A stretch of DNA of 64,000 bases. It comes from Eledone cirrhosa (Eukaryota). The stretch is taken from the NCBI GenBank assembly GCA_964016885.1, contig OZ024751.1, positions 53,010,001 to 53,074,000 of the forward strand, read 5' to 3'. Position numbers and translations under genes: made by a program. Below the pieces are notes generated by a model. It worked only from the letters and a program-made list of their open reading frames with translations. It was not told where the DNA came from and searched no databases. Of this stretch, positions 60,044-64,000 are shown piece by piece. Position 1 is the first letter of the stretch. Every line of letters starts with the position of its first letter.

Positions 60044-60248
60044 CAAGGGGTTGCTGAAAAGTTCCTCTCTTTGGGTAAAAGAAAATACGGGGGAATCAGT
60101 TAATTATGATTTTATTCAACATATTCCCCTCTCAGATTTACACATTTATTGCAGTGGTTCTTCAGTTTTTCTAAGCCCCGTAAAAAGGACTCGAAAGGTT
60201 GGACCTCTGTAGCAGTGATTAGGTCGGGGACTTTTCAACATCCCCTCG
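60044..60248. mobile_element. Tc1/mariner-type MITE (~205 bp) with TA target duplication
   Basis: Left end TA|CAAGGGGTTGCTGAAAAGTTCC; right end reverse-complemented TA|CGAGGGGATGTTGAAAAGTCCC (20/24 match including TA). Confidence 0.85.
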
Positions 60249-60257
60249 TATGTGTGT

Positions 60258-60305
60258 CCCCAAGCCATGTAAACATGGAAAAACAGGTGTAAAAAAAAAA
60301 AAAAA
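60258..60305 (+). mobile_element. Degenerate RTE-type 3' terminal fragment with A tail
   Basis: AAGCCATGTAAACATGGAAAAACAGGTGTAAAA resembles the RTE terminus AACCCATGCAAGCGTGGAATATGGACGTTAAA. Confidence 0.5.
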
Positions 60306-60579
60306 CTTATCTATAGACGGCTATATGTGAAGAGTCATGATCTCCCTAATAGCTTCATAGTGAAATATTTGATTTAGGGATAGCCAATTGATACATTTGA
60401 TATAGATATAACCAGAAATACAACACTAAAGAGAAGGAAACATTTTTTTCAAAATTCTTGAATAACCATGAATATTTTTTTAAGAATTATCATTATATGC
60501 ACAAGGGAGACTACTCCAAATAACAGTTATTTCTTTTACATGCCTTCATAGTCACGAGTGAGTGTCTATATATATATAT

Positions 60580-61002
60580 TGTTATACTTTGGGAGGGTCA
60601 TGTTGCCAATAAGAAACACACGTACCAGTTGATTTCACTTCAATTTATTATAATAAATTTATAATAAATTTATAAATTTCTGGTTGGTTGGTTGGTTCCA
60701 CAACCAGATAGTTGTTTATATATTGTCATAGTTCTTTCGTCACACACTCTGTGACCTCTTCAGTGACTGGGGATTCCTTTCTTTGGTTCTGTGCCTCTCC
60801 TTTGTTCTGTCCTACGCCATTTTGTTTCTGCACACAGGTGTGTGACGAAAGAACTATGACAATATATAAACAACTATCTGGTTGTGGAACCAACCAACCA
60901 ACCAGAAATTTATAAATTTATAAATTTATTATAATAAATTGAAGTGAAAGCAACTGGTGCGTGTGTTTCTTATTGGCAACATGACCCTCCCAAAGAATAA
61001 CA
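60580..61002. mobile_element. Foldback MITE with ~165-bp inverted arms, TGTTA...TAACA ends and ATAT flanks (Ginger-like)
   Basis: 60580-60747 is a near-perfect reverse complement of 60838-61002, with a 90-bp spacer. ATAT at 60576-60579 and 61003-61006. Confidence 0.85.
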
Positions 61003-61254
61003 ATATCGGTTTCAACACACGATTTCAGATAAAGAATCTTGCTAAACAAATTCAGAAACGAAATATATATATATATATAAATATAGATGTTACCACAGAT
61101 TAAAAGTTTAAGCAAATAATTTTTGCTTTCATCCTAAAGCGGTATCTTCTGAAATTCACACACACGCATATACATATATATATATATATGTGCGTGTTCA
61201 TGTTTACTAACTTGCATAGAATTTCAGGCAAATTTGCATCTATTTAAATATGAT

Positions 61255-61502
61255 ATTTTATGTTCCAAACACCAGCTTAATAATGAGAAAGTACTTATAT
61301 TACTAAATCTCTTGAAATCCTTGATTATTTTCAAAATGATTTAAAAACCATAGGCTGTGTCTTTCATTACAAATAGTGTAATGAAAGGGTTGATATTGAG
61401 AAAGTTGCATTACTAAATTTCTTTGATTTCTTGATTATTTTTCGAAATTATTTAAAAATCATAATTAGTGTCTTTCTTTAGAAATATATTAAATAAAGAG
61501 TT
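61255..61502 (-). mobile_element. Two diverged tandem copies (~110 bp) of the end of the same dispersed MITE seen at 51523
   Basis: GAGAAAGT...ATTACTAAAT...TTGATTATTTT...GTGTCTTTC...AAAG(G/A)GTT occurs at ~61285-61391 and ~61398-61502. Its reverse complement matches 51524-51600. Confidence 0.7.
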
Positions 61503-61571
61503 ATATATTTTAGTGTTGTTTCAGCTCATCCATGCTTACACTGATTTTGATTTCTTTCTTTCTCTCGACAG

Positions 61572-61691
61572 ATGGTACCATGGAAATATCTCTCGACTGC
61601 AGGCAGAACAACTTCTTCGTGTGTGTCGTGAAGGCAGCTACTTAGTACGGAGAAGCACAAGTAGCAAAGGAGAATTTAGTTTATCTATCAA
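61572..61691 (+). CDS. SHB-family adaptor, exon encoding the N-terminal half of the SH2 domain
   Basis: Acceptor TTTCTTTCTTTCTCTCGACAG, donor AA|GTAAGT, 120 bp, phase 2/2. Encodes WYHGNISRLQAEQLLRVCREGSYLVRRSTSSKGEFSLSI(K) with the SH2 signature arginine (YLVR). Confidence 0.95.
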
Positions 61692-61770
61692 GTAAGTCCT
61701 TATTTCTGGTAAATATGCTAAAGCAGGAATCAGGTTTGTGGTCTATAATGTACATGGGTTCTTATTTGAA

Positions 61771-61809
61771 GCAAGGTTTTTCAGCTGGATAACCTTCCTG
61801 ACACCAAAC
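61771..61809 (-). mobile_element. Short antisense fragment of the conserved RTE 3' UTR motif (LINE or partner-SINE remnant)
   Basis: Reverse complement GTTTGGTGTCAGGAAGGTTATCCAGCTGAAAAAC versus GGTTGGTGTTAGGAAGGGCATCCAGCTGTAGAAA at 53791. Confidence 0.6.
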
Positions 61810-62021
61810 TTTTTAGATTCCTCTAATGACAAGGTTGGATACAGGGAATCTATTGTAAACTGGGTACATACAGTAGTTTAAAAACATGGTCTGAGATATA
61901 AATATTGAGAAATCTTTCATCTCAAAAATATGAAGTTAATAGTTTAAAATTAAAATCACCAACATGTAGACATTTATTTTCAAGTACAAAACCATGTCCA
62001 TTCATGACCGAAAGGGGCCTG

Positions 62022-62057
<36 letters not shown>

Positions 62058-62143
62058 ATAATAATAAATTTGAAGACTAAAATCCAAAGAGGGCTCGATA
62101 AGGATAAATATATATCAAATATATAAGAACCGTAGAGCAAATA

Positions 62144-62218
62144 TTTATTAAAATAACAAATTAGAGAGTTTAAGCAAAGAATCGCTGCTTAAACTCTTTA
62201 ATCTGTTATTTTAATAAA
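62144..62218. repeat. 33-bp inverted repeat with 9-nt loop
   Basis: TTTATTAAAATAACAAATTAGAGAGTTTAAGCA (62144-62176) versus the reverse complement of 62186-62218: 2 mismatches. Confidence 0.9.
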
Positions 62219-62227
62219 AATATATAT

Positions 62228-62279
62228 ATCATCATCTTCGTTTAACGTCCATCTTCCACGCTAGCATGGGTTAGACGGG
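62228..62279 (-). mobile_element. 52-bp antisense RTE 3' terminus (subfamily A-like) within a TA-rich tract
   Basis: Reverse complement CCCGTCTAACCCATGCTAGCGTGGAAGATGGACGTTAAACGAAGATGATGAT matches 53894-53945. Confidence 0.88.
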
Positions 62280-62366
62280 CATATATGTATCTATATATAC
62301 ATATATATATATGGGTAGAGTCCCATACTGTGTCAATTCACCACCTTAACATCTTTGATAAATAAT

Positions 62367-62550
62367 TGTTTCTACTTTAGGCACAAGGCCAGCAATTACC
62401 CAGTGCATTACTGGTACTTTATTTTATCGACCCCGTAAGGATGAAAGGCAAAGTCAACCTCGGCGGGATTTGAACTCAGATCGTAAAGGGACGTAACTAT
62501 GCTGGAAAGCATGGCGTCCGACCCTCTACCGATACTGCCAATCCACCGCC
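62367..62550 (-). mobile_element. tRNA-derived SINE with 17-bp target-site duplication
   Basis: On the minus strand: A-box TGGCAGTATCGG, B-box GAGTTCAAATCC, central GCCTTTCATCCTTACGGGGTCGATAAAATAAAGTACCAG. CATCTTTGATAAATAAT is duplicated at 62350-62366 and 62551-62567. Confidence 0.9.
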
Positions 62551-62869
62551 CATCTTTGATAAATAATAGAGATAAATGATAGTTTGAAGTGGAATCGGAG
62601 TTGTTTCCCTTTGTTACAGGGATCGACTTTCAATAGAAAATATTAGCCACAAAATATAAAAATTTATTGAATGTTGTTTTGGTTTTTTTTTTTTAAATAA
62701 ATTCTCAGTGTAAAAGGAATCTTGTTTGATTTAACATCTTAACAAAATTAAGGTGAGAGATTTATAAAAGAAAATGATATATTTTATTATAACAAGCTCT
62801 TAATAACTTTGACACCAATATAATATTCCTGTATGATCAATTAATGTCCATTTCCTGACAATTTTTCAG

Positions 62870-63053
62870 AGGCTGCCGAAGCATTATGCATATCAGGATA
62901 GCTAACAGGAATGAGCTTTATATTTTGGGAGAGTTCAGTGAGCCATTCCGGACTGTGCCTGATATGATCCATTACTACGGCTCAAATATATTACGGATCA
63001 AAGACGCAGATCATCTCCATTTACGGTATCCAGTTTCTGTGAATATGGCATGA
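62870..63053 (+). CDS. SHB-family adaptor, terminal coding exon (C-terminal half of SH2); absent from the ORF track
   Basis: Acceptor ATTTTTCAG; phase matches the 61691 donor. Encodes GCRSIMHIRIANRNELYILGEFSEPFRTVPDMIHYYGSNILRIKDADHLHLRYPVSVNMA*, matching the SHB-family pattern MH...Y.LG..S.PF..VP..IHYY....L.IK.A.HL.L.YPV. TGA at 63051-63053. Confidence 0.93.
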
Positions 63054-63581
63054 TGTGAAGTGACTATTAGTGAAGCCATGGCACAGTGAGGACAACTGCA
63101 ATTTCCATTGACAACGATAACACAATATTTGCTGTGCAAAGAGATGTGACGGAAAAAGGATAAGAAGAAGAGAATATATATTAAGAAAAAATATATGAAT
63201 GTAAAAAAGAAAAAAAATATGAACAAAAAACAAACAAAACAAAGAGTGTATTTGATGGCCGTGTTCGGTGTCTGACTCTTTCAAAATATATAATGGCTGT
63301 GCAATAAGCAATTGTAAAGTTCCAAGCTAAGAGGTGTTACTCTTGTGTTTAGAACTTGTGTGTTAACACAAATGCAATTTCTTCCTCCAAAACTGTACAT
63401 GTTTTTATGTGTGTGCAGACGAGTTTGTGTGTTGGGTTTCGCTACTAATGTTAACGTTTTCTTTAAAAAAAAAAATTACAAAAACAAAAAAAAAACAACC
63501 CCCAAAAAAATAATAAAAACAAAAACAAAAAACCTCCTCCTGCAAAAAAGTCTAATTTGAGGGTTCTTTAGAACTGGTATA

Positions 63582-63587
63582 AATAAA
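63582..63587 (+). promoter_or_regulatory. Candidate polyadenylation signal AATAAA (proximal)
   Basis: Hexamer in the presumptive 3' UTR. The AT-rich context makes chance occurrence likely. Confidence 0.25.
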
Positions 63588-63757
63588 TACGCAGGACCAA
63601 CACCAAACTCTTCAGCACCCATACATACATGCACACTGAATGGTCAAGAATACTTCACATAAAGGTTATCCGAGGCCCCTGCTATCTTCTCTTTCTCATA
63701 CCAACACATGCAGATGATCATGGCCAACCCATTGTTACTTACTACAAGACTTTATGC

Positions 63758-63763
63758 AATAAA
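63758..63763 (+). promoter_or_regulatory. Candidate polyadenylation signal AATAAA (distal)
   Basis: Hexamer followed ~22 nt later by long T-rich tracts. Confidence 0.35.
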
Positions 63764-64000
63764 CGGAAAAGACTTAGGTTATACTTTTTTTTTTTACAAT
63801 TTTTTTTTTTTTGCAATTATTTCTTTATTCTTTTTCCTTTGAAAAAACAAAACAAAAAAAAACAGAATACTAAAAACCTATATAAACTTAATCTATTTCC
63901 ATTCATCTTTATTACATCTTTTTTTTTAAACCAAAATCTTAATTTAAACAAATTTTTTTTTTTTAAATTTCACACGTTAAGCACCACCTACAATATCTTT

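Noticed and set aside
57003-62550. tRNA genes at 57003 and 62550
   Set aside because: A and B boxes are present but no cloverleaf. Both continue into SINE body sequence, and one has a 17-bp target duplication.
60712-63560. Short ORFs 60712-60915, 60918-61115, 61905-62126, 61922-62140, 63011-63226, 63021-63311, 63345-63560 (also 51932-52117)
   Set aside because: Low-complexity translations of MITE, (TA)n or A/T-run DNA, with non-ATG or context-free starts.

Overview
Eukaryotic (metazoan) genomic DNA. The SINE, MITE and RTE repertoire resembles repeats I recall from octopus/cephalopod genomes; that taxon call is recognition, not proof. Bases 1-~51543 are one uninterrupted, non-coding satellite of 55/52-bp monomers (roughly 960 copies) with kb-scale higher-order duplications. 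The last 12.5 kb holds the final three coding exons of a + strand SHB/SHD/SHE/SHF-family SH2 adaptor gene. The introns and upstream DNA contain three 5'-truncated RTE-clade LINEs, several RTE tail fragments, a CR1-like fragment, two tRNA-derived SINEs and several MITEs. Four observations stand out. (i) The RTE reverse transcriptases carry a Cys4-His-Cys3 PHD finger inserted inside the RT domain. (ii) The last satellite monomer runs seamlessly into a dispersed MITE, so part of the monomer appears to be that element's terminus. (iii) The satellite is probably intronic, and every sense-strand monomer contains a bipartite ACUAAC/UAAC STAR-protein motif. (iv) The RTE 5' junctions consistently abut (TA)n tracts. 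All alignments and offsets were done by eye, so boundaries are approximate.
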